Below, one piece after another: positions 35,412 through 47,200 of a stretch of 64,000 nt of DNA. The position numbers and the translations under genes were made by a program. Origin of the DNA: Klebsormidium nitens (Eukaryota > Plantae > Klebsormidiophyceae); contig DF236971.1 in NCBI GenBank assembly GCA_000708835.1, positions 124,001-188,000 on the forward strand. The letters run 5' to 3'. The notes below the pieces were generated by a model. The model worked only from the letters and a program-made list of their open reading frames with translations, made no database searches and was not told where the DNA came from. Position 1 is the first letter of the stretch; each line of letters begins with the position of its first letter.

Positions 35412-38400
35412 CTATGATGCTGAAGCTGCGTTTGTCCTCTCCCTACTTTGGCTATCAATCCATCCGGCGGGGAGCATATATACACCGCCGTGCTTGCTCC
35501 ACTCATCAGGATAATCTTTTCCTTCGGCCCACTTGGGCCTCAACCAATGGAAGTGAATGCGGTGACTAGCAGCAAAGAAGCGAACGAATAGGTTGAATGC
35601 AGCTTTTGCAATCCAGACCCACAGAAGGTTTTTGAAGTAGAAAGCAGACGCACCTGCAGCCCACGAAGAATAAGATCAACAAAGTAGTTCTTTGACTAAG
35701 CGCATCTCAGCATAAACAATCCCACATCAGGACTCAACAATCGGGCCAAAAAGGAAAAACACGGCCAGAGTCGCCTACATTGATGTCTCATGACAAGAAT
35801 ATCCTAGACAGGAGCCACACAGAAATGGTCAACGTACTTGAAAAGAATCTTAGAACTCAATAAGACCAAGCACAAACGTTTTAGGTCTACCACTTGGGCG
35901 GTACGAGCCCAATCTAGACATATAGACAAAGGGCAAGTACTCGTTGAAAACCACGGAGCTACTGTATGGTGCCCACACGACAAAAAACTTGGTTTACTCA
36001 CCGCAAAAGGGAAGGAAGATGACTATGAAGCCGACGAACATACAGTTCGCCATGTAGTTAAAGGACTGCGACGCATAGATCAGGCCATCGTAGATGAACA
36101 CCTGTACAAGCACTTCATGTCGTGAGTTCCAGTAAGATAGGGAAGTAGCTGTTTGGGATAAAGGATGGAAAATTCTAAAACCTCAGTAGGGGTCACATCG
36201 CCAAAAATGGTGCAAAGATAGATGCTGGATTTTAATCGGTGGTGCTTTTCACACCAAACCTTGAATGCTTCGGAATGTTCACATGCTGTTTGAAGTGTCA
36301 CGTTAGTTCCCAACTTGCTGAGCGGCCTGCCAAGCATGACCAATAGCAGCACCGCGTGAACTGCCGAACAACATGTACGGCCGCTATTTCAACAAACGGA
36401 GGGGATGCAGGTTCAAGAGCACCATTATGTTGTCTTTTGAGTCCAAACGCTAATCTTACTTTTTCACTTTCAAAAAGATTTGAAAAAATGATTGGACTCG
36501 GCCAAAATGATTCATGGTATTAGAATGGCAGACCATCAGATTTTACAAAGTGCCGGAAAGGGAACAACTAGATGACGCTTTCGTCCGCAACCCATTCACG
36601 GCTCTCAACTGCAACACGGCTGTCCGCAGCAACCACAGAGATAACGCTGATAAGGCTTCAAGGCCAGTCAACCACCTTCTATTCGTGCAGCGAATAGAAG
36701 ACATTCGAACCACCGTCTAGACCGTAACAAGGCAAAGTTCCTCAACAGAGCTGAACCAGCGTCGCGCGGTAAGCAAGGTTCAAAAAGCCGTACACACTTT
36801 TTTTACCAAACAAGGTGAAGATCTTCACCAATGCTTAAAACGGAGCGTCTGAAGCAGCCAAAACGACCGCGCCGCCAATGCTGATAAAAGAATCAGAGAA
36901 ACTTAGCCAAATTTTAGTGCAACGGAAAAAGCTTCCTCACCGTGGCATTCAGCGGCTGCACGACCGTCAGCAGCAACCACACCGTCCGCAGCTGCGCCTT
37001 GGTCCCCTCGTCATACGTGAACGCGCTTATGATACGCTCCTGGCCGAAGAAGTACACGATCGCGACCAGGAACCCAACCCCGTTGCCCATGATCAGCAGA
37101 CGGCGCGTCAATTTGCGCAGCTCGAAGAGGATGAAGAGCGCCTGCGGTCCGCGGGAGGCCTCCATGCGGCCGGCGAGATCGGAGCCCACGATGGTACCCG
37201 CGTTTGCGAAACCGTCGACGACGTACACGGTGATGAGCCACAGCTGCATGATGACCTGGCAAAGAAGAGGAGGATTCAGCATTTCAGAATAAGCCAAGGA
37301 GACAGATTTATCACAACAGGCAGAGAAAGGGAAACCCATGACAAATTGAGACATAATGGGGTAAAATTTCGAAAACATTTCATTGACAAAGCCGTTGGCC
37401 ACGGACACCCTGATGTTCCTTCCGAAGGACGAGATGGAGAGAAGGACTCGACTTCTGATGTCTGCGTTGAGGGTGAAACGCAACGAAGGGGTGGTTTGAC
37501 TGAGTGATGAGCAATGCGTAGAAGTACAAGCAACGTCTGCACGCTTTGGACTCAGGTCCTGAGAGCATCAAGAAAGCGTTAAGAAAGCGTTGCGGACGGC
37601 GCTACAGAACTTTTGGCATTTCAACCCGCAACACCGAATCGACGAGCAAAATCGAAAAAAAAATGTAGGCAGCAAAATGCTGCAATCGCTCGGTTTACAA
37701 AAAGGCGGAATATTCAAGAATATTTGAATTAAAGTTCACAAGCCTAGCCCCAGTTCAGGGTCGAAATTTCTGACTTTCAGGAGAGATATGCGCGGAAAAA
37801 GTCGATATTGAGTGCATCACATTTTAGGTCTAAAAATATTAGTAATATATTATGTACCGGGGCCGAGCACGTACCCGCTTGACCGGACTCGATCTACTAG
37901 TACTAGTTCAATGCAAAATGGCAACCTGCCGGCCGCCCTGCCGGCCGCGAGGCACAAGGCCGCAACCTCGGCCGGGCAGGCCCCAGGCACGTGCAGAGGT
38001 TCAGAATTTATGCCCAAAAAAAAGTTTTTCGGGGCATCGAACCTCAAAACCCGTCGAAAACGGGAGTCTGCAGTTTCAGGTTTTGATTCGCTAAAACCAC
38101 CTTTCGACGGGCCGAAGCAGGCTTAATAGAGTGAACCAGTATGCATCGCCACTTCCCCCTTTTTCAAAGCCCCGGGGTCGATTGCGACAGCTCGGTACTG
38201 ACTTTGTCAGTAAACCGAGCTAAAAAAGAGTGGGAAACCCAGATTTCGAGCACCAACTTCGATAGACCCCAGGACTGATTTTCCCAGATATCCGCTATCA
38301 CGGCCTATGTGCCAAGGCGTAATGCACAGACGATCAAGCATGATGTGGCAATCTGGATCAAGGTTTCATGCACGTCGCGGGTGCACAGGAAAAAAAACAG

Positions 38401-41400
38401 ACGCCCCAGTGACCGCACTTCCATAGGTCGTTATTTATCACACAACGGCCTACGACGGAGCAAGTACAATGCGAAGACCAGCAAGGAGACCGAATGCTTC
38501 ACCAAAGGCGCCCTGCCCAGAAGCGGACGCCCAGGGGGAATGCCCAAAATCTTGAGGGAACAAACTGAAAACCTTAATGAAACGACGCCTCACCTGATGG
38601 GCTGCCACAGCATACATCCCGAGCCGCGACGCGCACACCAGCGAGAGGAAGAAGGTGATCTGGATGAGCGCGCTGCGCATGATGGTGCTCAAGCCGTCCC
38701 AGATGAAGTCCCACGTGCCCCCGTGCTCCTCGACCCGGGGCTCCTCGGATGGGGGGCCCTTTTCTTCGTCGAAATGCTGCCCCTCGGGTGCGAGAAGGCG
38801 GGTGGACGGGTCGGGGCTGTCGTCGAAGTCGAAACGAGAGCTGGGGCGGTTTTTGCCTGGTTTTGACAGGAAAAGGAACGAGTTAGGGGCGCTCAAGGTG
38901 ACCACCGGGCTTGGAAGCCTGGTAGAGCATATGGCGTCAGACTATATAACGCTCTCCACAGCGATTGTGTCCGACCAATCGCACGCTGCGGAATTGTGAG
39001 CGGGCTGGTACGGACGCTCAAACTGCACTAGAGTGAGAGTTTTACGCAACACAAGTCCTCTTTTCGAGTTGCACATCTCCCTGCACAGCCCCGCACAAAT
39101 TAACCTGAAATAACAACGGAACTGGATGTCCTCTGCGCTCACAATCTGGGGACACTGTGTGGAGCTGACGCCAGAAGAAAGCCAAACACCCAGGCACCCT
39201 CTTCAAGAAGACACCAATGAGGGCCGCCTGCTTGCTTCACAAGCACAAAACGACTCGAGCTGATGACAAGCACAACGAACTCAGGCCAAAGGCAACAATC
39301 ACCGACTTGAAACAAATAGGGCTTCCTGTTCGCTGACTTTGCAAAGATGAGTTTAACTGCAGTAGTTGTCCTGACACGTTCCGTCAATCAAGCATCTTAC
39401 ACACTGGGTATCCACCCCCTGATGTCCTGAACGTGACAAAAGCAAGAGCCGGATTCTTCCACGGAAGGCTCAAAAAGACTTCGAGTAAGGACTTTACATG
39501 TCTTCTTAGTATCACACCATAAATGAATTAAAAGTTGCACTCTGGTGACCCCCTTACCAGGTGAGCAGCAGTTCTGCCAGCAGCCGCCCCACTCTGGTGG
39601 CAGCAGCGGGATCTGTCCTTTTCCGTCCTGGGGGGGTAGCGTCATAACTAGAATGAGACCGGCTACGAAGGCCATGGTAACGGCTGTGATGTTGGAGACG
39701 CCCACGCCCCACATGCCCCAGTCGAAATAGAAGAGGGAGACGTAACTGCAGGGGACAAAGAACGAATGGAGGGTTGTTCAAGGAGTGTCCATGCTTTCAC
39801 GAGCTCAGCGACTCAACCAAAAAACCAGACGACCTTTGTGCAAAGGTGGGTAATCACTGCTGGTCGTTAGAATCTTCAATACCTTTGTTAGTGTTAAAAA
39901 CGCATGGATCGGGTAGGGAAACTGCTCAAATACCAACTCAGGCAACAAACTTTTCCTGCTAAAAAGCATCCAGTGGAAAACAGCACTCAGTCGCAGTGCT
40001 AGGCAGCGTGCCGTTGTGCCACCCCGTGCTCTCAAGGTCAGAGATCCCTGCGTAGGCCATTGAGGGGCAAGGTGCTAAATGTTACATTGCAGCACCTACA
40101 AAAGCCGATAAGCTGTGGCACAATGCAGCTAGAAGTGCATCCTTGACATCCATCAGCAAAACGCACCAGCAGAACAATCCAAAGAACGCCTTGTTGCAGG
40201 TTAGGTACTGACAGTTTCGATAGCAGATTACAAACGCTTCCAGGTACTCTGCACACTTTCGTTAACAGATTCAAACGCAAACACAGCAATCTGCAGCCAG
40301 CGCGCTTCTTCCGCACCCCGAAAGACCTATTCGCCCCCCTCGCCATAAGATGCTGAACCCTCGTCAGACCCACCTTGCTGCGACTTCAAAGACCAGGCGT
40401 CCGATGTTGATGGTAGCGACAAGGTATACCCGCTTGTAGCCTTGCAGGATTCCGACCACGGCCATCGCCAGAAGCTGCGACGGCAGGCCCAACACGCGAA
40501 GGAAGTAGTACTGCTCCGCAGGTTTCTGCACCGCGGGGTTGGTCTGCAAGAAGATTGGTTAGGATTGGTTTAAGAGCAAGCAATGTGAGGGAGGAGTAGG
40601 GCGCAGAATGAGGCGGGAGGAAGGGAGAACAAGCGAAAGAGTGGTACTCCTCTGCAGGCTCCAAAATAGCAAGCTGGTCTGCACAAGAAGTGCCACAAAC
40701 CTAAAGAGAAGGGCTATGATTTCCTTCTGGTTCTGGAATGCTTCCTCACACTCAACTCCTGCCGCCCTCTCTGAAATGACATGCATGCCCAATAGCAAAG
40801 AGGCAGCAAACACCAATGTGCCGCTGGGCAAGATCCAACATAACGCTTTTTAAAAGGCAGAGATAATATCACATGACCAATAAACTTGGGCAACATAAAC
40901 CTTGCTTCAACATTGCCCCTTCTTCAATGGACAGGGACCCTATGTCCACAACTCCCATGAACTTGCGAATGTATCATCCAAAAAGGGCACTATCCCTTCA
41001 TCTGTGAGATGTTCTGATTAACAAACCCCAGGCACATTTGCCTCAACCCTGAGTTCCCAAGAGACATTTGCAAGTGAAAGAACAACTGGGGACTCCAAAC
41101 CAGCCGTTGAAAAGATTATTGTCTGACAGCCCTCCAATGTTCCAAACCCAACAATCTGACAAACGACGGTACAAGGTTCTGAGGACAGGATTTCGGCAGT
41201 AATTTAAAGGAGAAACCCCTTGGTGGTCCACTCACATCCATAATTGTGAAGATGGGCCGCTTGAGCGCCGCCAAAAGGAAAGCGGCCAGTATGCCGGCGC
41301 ACAGCGCGCTCGCAAGCGCCAGCCGGATGCGCGCTCCCACCTGGCGCCACGCCTTGGCGCCCACGGCCAGGCTCACTTTCGCAGTCACCCCCACGATCAG

Positions 41401-41981
41401 AAAGTTGAAGACGACAACTGCAGAGTTGGTCGTCGCTGCAGAACAGGAAGAGAGACAGTATTTATTTGCTGCTGCTTGCTTTAGGACGCAGGCGTTCGCC
41501 CCCACGATTTTGTGAATGGCAGATAATCTACCGTTGCGTTCTTCTCGTTGGGGCAGGAAAGCAACCAGATCGGTTCGCTGCTTTGAACATTCATCGAGTC
41601 ATTAAGCTTGCGTTTTTGGAGAGAGGCACTGAGCTCGATCAACCCTCAAAAGTCCGCTGCGAGCTGGGGCAGTGTACCATATGAAAGCTGAAGGAGAGGT
41701 CCAGCAGGCAATGAGAAGAAACACAAGCCTTGCTCGTGACAAGTATTTCTTCTGACAGGTGTCAGAAGGCACTACAAAAAATTCTTTGCCGAGCGGCGTC
41801 AAAAATTTGATGAATGCATCAGCGAGAAGAGAATGTGATTGCCAGGGTTGAGGTACCTCTTAATGCTTGGGCAACCATGTTGCAGAACGAAGCCAAAAAT
41901 GATTACCGCAGAGGGGGCCTCTCCAAAGTGGCCTGCACTGCCCTTCCCTTAAACACGGCCCGCTTATTTTTAACAGGATAT

Positions 41982-42012
<31 letters not shown>

Positions 42013-43292
42013 TTCATCAGTTCCCTTTTGCACAGGAGTGGGGCAGACAGGCAGCCAAGAAGGAACAAAAAGGTAAAGAAAGGGTTTGAAAAAGGCCGGC
42101 CCCCAACCCTCTGAGGGACTTTTCTTAATGTAAGCCCTCCAAAAGCCCTGAGAGAAACAGGAGGACACCTTACTGTGCTCAGCAACTGGGATAAATGTGT
42201 GGTGCAAAGCGTATTTTCTACTTTCACGACAAGAATAAGCCCCGTCCTGCAGCACAGTACTCCTGAAGGCCTGTTGTATTCCTACCAAAGGAAGCTATTC
42301 ACATAAAGAAGAGGATGCAGCTCCAGATGACTGATTGACTACATGAATCAGAGCATGCAAACAGATAATGCAATCCGGAACGTTCAAGAAATGCATGTTA
42401 ATGCAATGAGGGCAAGAATTTTTTAAGGAAAGGCCAGCTTAATCAAACTACCATAGACCAGCATAAAAACTGTCAATTAGACAATCTTAAAGGATATGCT
42501 CAACAATGAAGCAACCAGAGCCACACTCATAACTCGCAGAACCAAAGCAGCCAAAGGCACACCTTCTAGGCTCAATGCCCAAGTAGCAACCGCATGCACC
42601 AGCTAGTGTGCCTCGAGCCTTATCCAGGGGCTAGATGATTTGAGGCTCCAGGCTGCTTGAAGTTTGGACTTTCACTCAGGGGCAGAGGAAGAGTATGGGC
42701 CGTGACAAAGCATCTCCTACCAGCATGCTGTACACAGATCTGACCGCGTCTGGCATGCACTCAACGGTCAGTCGGCGAGTGCGGACCCCCTCCTGACATC
42801 TTCTTGCCTGATCATTCTCGTCATTAAGAATAACATGCGCGTAACTGCAGAAGAAGGACCCTCTCACAAGAACAATCCCAGCGAAGGCCAAATGTGCACA
42901 CCTGAGACAACGGCCCACGCAGCCAGAAGTTCTGTTGCTTTCTGCCCCAGCATCGCAGTCTGCACCGTGACTGCCAGAGGTGCAGCCCCCGAGAGCAACA
43001 TCGACGGAATGGCCAAAAGCAGCAACTCCAAGTACGTGGTCTCCGCTCGGATCTCCTCCTTTGGATGAATACTGCCCGCTCTCTCCAGAGCCGGGGGCCG
43101 CCGAGGTAAGCTCCCCGCTGTCCTGATCTGAGGCCCCCCATTGGCGGCCCCGCTCACAGCAGCTGCATGCAACCCTCCCTTCCCCAGGGCCTCCTCCCCA
43201 GGAGGCCCCCCAGATCCTAATGCCGCATCCCTAGGACTGCAACTACCGCTCTCCCCCTCCGCGCCGCCGTCGCAGCGCGCAGTTCCGCCCAT
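35412..43292 (-). CDS. MATE (multidrug and toxic compound extrusion, DinF-like) transporter; exons 43292-42902, 41435-41236, 40543-40374, 39745-39558, 38856-38594, 37255-36941, 36101-36002, 35653-35412
   Basis: The spliced translation has MATE hallmarks: LLLLAIPSMLLSGAAPLAVTVQTAMLG, VFNFLIVGVTAKVS, YYFLRVLGLPSQLLAMAVVGILQG, LGMYAVAAHQ|VIMQLWLITVYVVDGFANAG, QPLNAT|VFIYDGLIYA and WVWIAKA. All seven GT-AG junctions preserve the frame. The ATG at 43292 is tentative. Confidence 0.88.
38011..38221. other. Cluster of nested inverted repeats/hairpins in a MATE intron
   Basis: agctcggt-actgac-ttt-gtcagt-aa-accgagct (38189-38221); cccgtcgaaa (38050-38059) pairing with tttcgacggg (38102-38111), which encloses ggtttt...aaaacc; and tgcccaaaaa...tttttcggggca (38011-38036). 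Confidence 0.6.
41982..42009. repeat. (TTTC)7 microsatellite in MATE intron 1
   Basis: Read directly from the sequence. Confidence 0.9.
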
Positions 43293-44213
43293 AAAACGCT
43301 TGGTCAGGTCGATCTCTCCGGACCCCTGTCTGGCAACCTGTCTCGCCGTTGTACTTGTTAAACAGCCCCTGCGGCCAGATGATGGCGACCGTGAAGATCA
43401 CTAAACCTTTGTGTCCAAAGAAACCTGCCTGCTCTTCCACCTGGTGCCAAGACAATAACGTGTGCCCAAACAAACAACGCTCCCTGCTACCCCTCAGCTG
43501 ATCAGCAGCTCTGCGCAGCAACAACGAAGGTCAGCTTACCCAGGTTAGCCGCCTCCCTAGCTGAACTCAGCTTGAAGTGAACCTTCGAGGTTTCCCGAAT
43601 CCCTGTGAACAGCCTCAGGAGAGAGGAGACCAATTTGAGTTGATGCCTTCCGGGAAAGAAGGGGCGAAAAAAGCGCTCTAGTTGCTGGGCAGCGGCCTGC
43701 CGCCTATCCTAATCCTATCTGGAAGAAGAAAATCAAATTGAAATTGGTCCCTAACCACACCAGTAAACGGAGGGGTCAGGGTCGAAGAGGGGTACTGTTT
43801 GAAGTCGATCAACTCGCGGTTGGGACTCTGACACCTGATGCGGCTCTTGTTTTGATTGACCACTGTACAAACCACCTTTTTTGAATTTTCTTAACCAAGA
43901 CCGCTTAAAGAGGGTACAATGTCGGGACACACAGGGTAGGCATCTGTACGGTCTAAGTGATGACGATCGTCATCTGACGGCGCAGAACGAACCTTTCAGG
44001 TCAGTTCCCCCGCCAGCTGGCTCGTCAGCTGGCACTGGCTGGCACATCATGGCTTTTGGGAGATGTCACGGGACATGCCATTGATGATTGAATTTGAGGC
44101 GGCTGCAAAGGAGGGCCAAAGATGGTGGCTTGTAGTGGCAGCATGACTGAAGATCTCTAGCTCAATCTTCATGATGCTTTTGGCATTGCTAGTTCCTTTG
44201 AGAATCAGCCGTC

Positions 44214-47200
44214 ATGAAGAACAGGGGCCACCTTGTGTCGATTGTCGTGACTCTACTGTTTGCTTTTAGTGGTGCATATGCCATCGACCTCAACAGTGCG
44301 GCGTACCCGGACGCTACGCTCAGCTTGGAACATGGGAATCCAGGCTTTGGTGCATCGGTGCTGGCGGTCAATGCCGAAAGATTGCAGGGTTGGATCGATC
44401 ATCTGGCGACGTTCTCAGATGATGAGACACCGGCCGTCACACGGATCCTCTTTACAGACAATGACATTGCTGCGCGCAGGTAAGTACCTGAATCCATGCC
44501 TCTCAAGCATAGTCTCAGCATTCTAGCGTCTGCTCAGTGTCAGTGGTCATCAGCCTTGTGCTTTGGAGGAAAAAGTCCAATGATTGTCAAGAGGTAATTG
44601 GAATTTGCCGTATGTGTTCTGTCCTGTCTGTTTTATTATGTTTACTCCAACCAAAGGTTTTGACGCTTGAAAGCTCCTGGCAATAGACGGCTTGTGCAAC
44701 TTGCCTACAAGCAGTGTGCGTTGATCATGACATCCGAGGTGGTTGTGTGTCTGCCACCATGATTGCACAAAGGTGACAGCATTGGAGATTACAGTCAATT
44801 TTGCGTCAACTTGCTTTGCGCCGTCTGTCCATTCCGCTTGGCCAGCCTTCACTGCTGTAGGCCAGAAGCAAAGCCCTCATGCAAATAGATGGGAATTCAG
44901 ATTATCTACACGTTGAGCTTGCTTTTGGCCCACATTCGCGTGCTGGTGTAAAGGACTGACTTGGACTACAATTGAGCCACCACCATCTCTTGGATTGGTG
45001 ACTGGAAAGAAGAACAGAGTCCATAAGAAGGAGGACATGGTACAAAAGCACAGCGTTTGCAGACTTTCTCCTTAACCTGGTAGCCACCACCTACATTCTG
45101 TCTTCTTAAGCAAGGGCAGATTTTATGCATTTTCACGTGTCCCAGTGAGATTCTCTACTGTCTTGTATTGTGATTTTGATAGATTGCAAATAGTATAAGA
45201 ATCGCTGCGTGTCTGCAGGTATGTCAAGTCATTGATGAAAGACGCGAATTTGACAATAACGGAAGACGCCGTTGGCAACATTTACGGTCTCTGGGAAGGC
45301 AGCGACACCACCGACGGGATTGTAGGCACTGGGAGCCATGTCGATGCAATCCCGCTTGCCGGAAAGTACGACGGGGTTCTGGGGGTCTTAGGACCGATCG
45401 AAGCAATCAAAGCATTGCAGGCAGCGGGGTTCAAACCATGGCGGCCAATTGAGGTGGTCATGTTTACAAGCGAGGAGCCAACACGTTTTGGGTTTGGGTG
45501 TCTGGGCAGGTGCGGCCCTCAGCACTCTCCACTTCTTGTGCCTGACACGTCGGTCGTTCCCAATTCAGTATTCGGACTGGAAAGATGATCCGCTGAAGTA
45601 TGCATCATGTCTACCTGTCCAATTACTTGTCGTTCGGAATCGGCAATCCGTACTCTGCTTCCGACTTTAGCTTACTGTTCTTATGTGGTGAAGTCAAGGA
45701 CGTCTGGGTGTGAGCCTGAGATGCTTGTGTCCTGGCTGCTTGCGCAGCTTAGATTTGAAGCTTGTGCACTTGAGCTTGTATATTTGAACAGGGATTTGAG
45801 GGCTTCGAATCGACATTACCAAGTTCTGTCTTCTCTGATGCTGGACTGCAATTGGCTCCTACCATCAAGTGGGCTGCAAAACTTCTTGTGTCGGGCTCAA
45901 TGTAGAATAGGGCTCAGGCACAACGGCATAAACCTTAGATGACTGCGTGTTGAGGTTTCCCTCCAAGTAAGACGTGGCAATTCGAGTAGTCCGAACCTGA
46001 ATCTTGCCTATGTCACTCATCAAGTCTAAGTACTAGATTTCCAAGTGCCCTCCAAATTTTCTTGAAGCAACTGGGACTTCTGGAATTCGAATGTTTTTCC
46101 CGACCTTTCAATTCTCTCGACTCTCATGACTCTTACGACTCTTGCGACTCTCTCTATTTGGGATCACTCATCTTTCCTAACTCTCTCAAGCAGTCAGCCG
46201 CTGCGTATCAGGCCTTTCAATAGGCTTCCCCATCTTTCTCACAACTTTCAGAAGCGAGAATTGCGGTAGCACAAGGTATGTGGCCCCCAAGTTTGTTTGG
46301 TAACTTCCTGCAGCCGTGTCATGTCGGGGCATCCCGAGATCCGGCAGAAACTAGAGGCGGCGCACGACGAGAATGGCACGTCATTCGACGAGGCGGCTGC
46401 CGCAGCAGGCTACCCCGACGCGCTGAAGAACCTGGACTCGGCTGTGGTCAAGAACAAGTACTCGGCGTTTGTGGAACTTCACATCGAGCAGGGACCAACT
46501 CTCGAGGAGGAAGGTGAACAGGCCGTGTCTTGCCTGTTTCCTGTGTCATCTAAACCACGTCGGGTTGGGAGCAGAGATCCAACGCATTGAAGGGGCGCGG
46601 TAGACCATTGGGATGTTAGGCACATCATTCGGAGATGGTCATATAAACCCAGGGGGGGAGTTGCCACCTTGTTGTGCGCTTTTAACCCGCTTCTTGTCGA
46701 CTGTTGCGTCATTCGGCAGAAGGCAGTAGTGAGCCCCTTTTGAAACCGTCCAGTCGCTTTTTCGTAGTCTCAGCAAGGGGAAGGTGTGCCAACTTGGAAA
46801 TTGCAGCCGTCCCCTATACGCTTGTTATTGTATTCCTGAATGGTCTTCCTTTCCCGATAAACTCCGTGCACGCATCCCCATCAGATCCCCACAGCGATTG
46901 CTCCCAATCATTGGGACGGGGCTTTGAGAAGAAGCGCTTTACCTCTACATGTTCGGTCAAATTCAACTCCTTTGCCCCCCAACTGTTCTGTGCAGGCGTT
47001 CTATGGGACTCGCCATCACTATTGCACGCCCGGGCCCAATTGCCCCTCAAGTTCTAACAGCCGGGATAAAGATCGAGCGTTTATCCTGTTTGCAGCACTC
47101 TCACCGACCCCCCTCGCGCCTCCGCTCTGCATAGATCCCGTTAATGCTAACACTACGAGTGCGGCCCCCATCCAGCATACCATCAACTTTTCTTGCAAAG

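Noticed and set aside
35838-36125. Plus-strand 95-aa ORF
   Set aside because: Antisense shadow of MATE exon 7.
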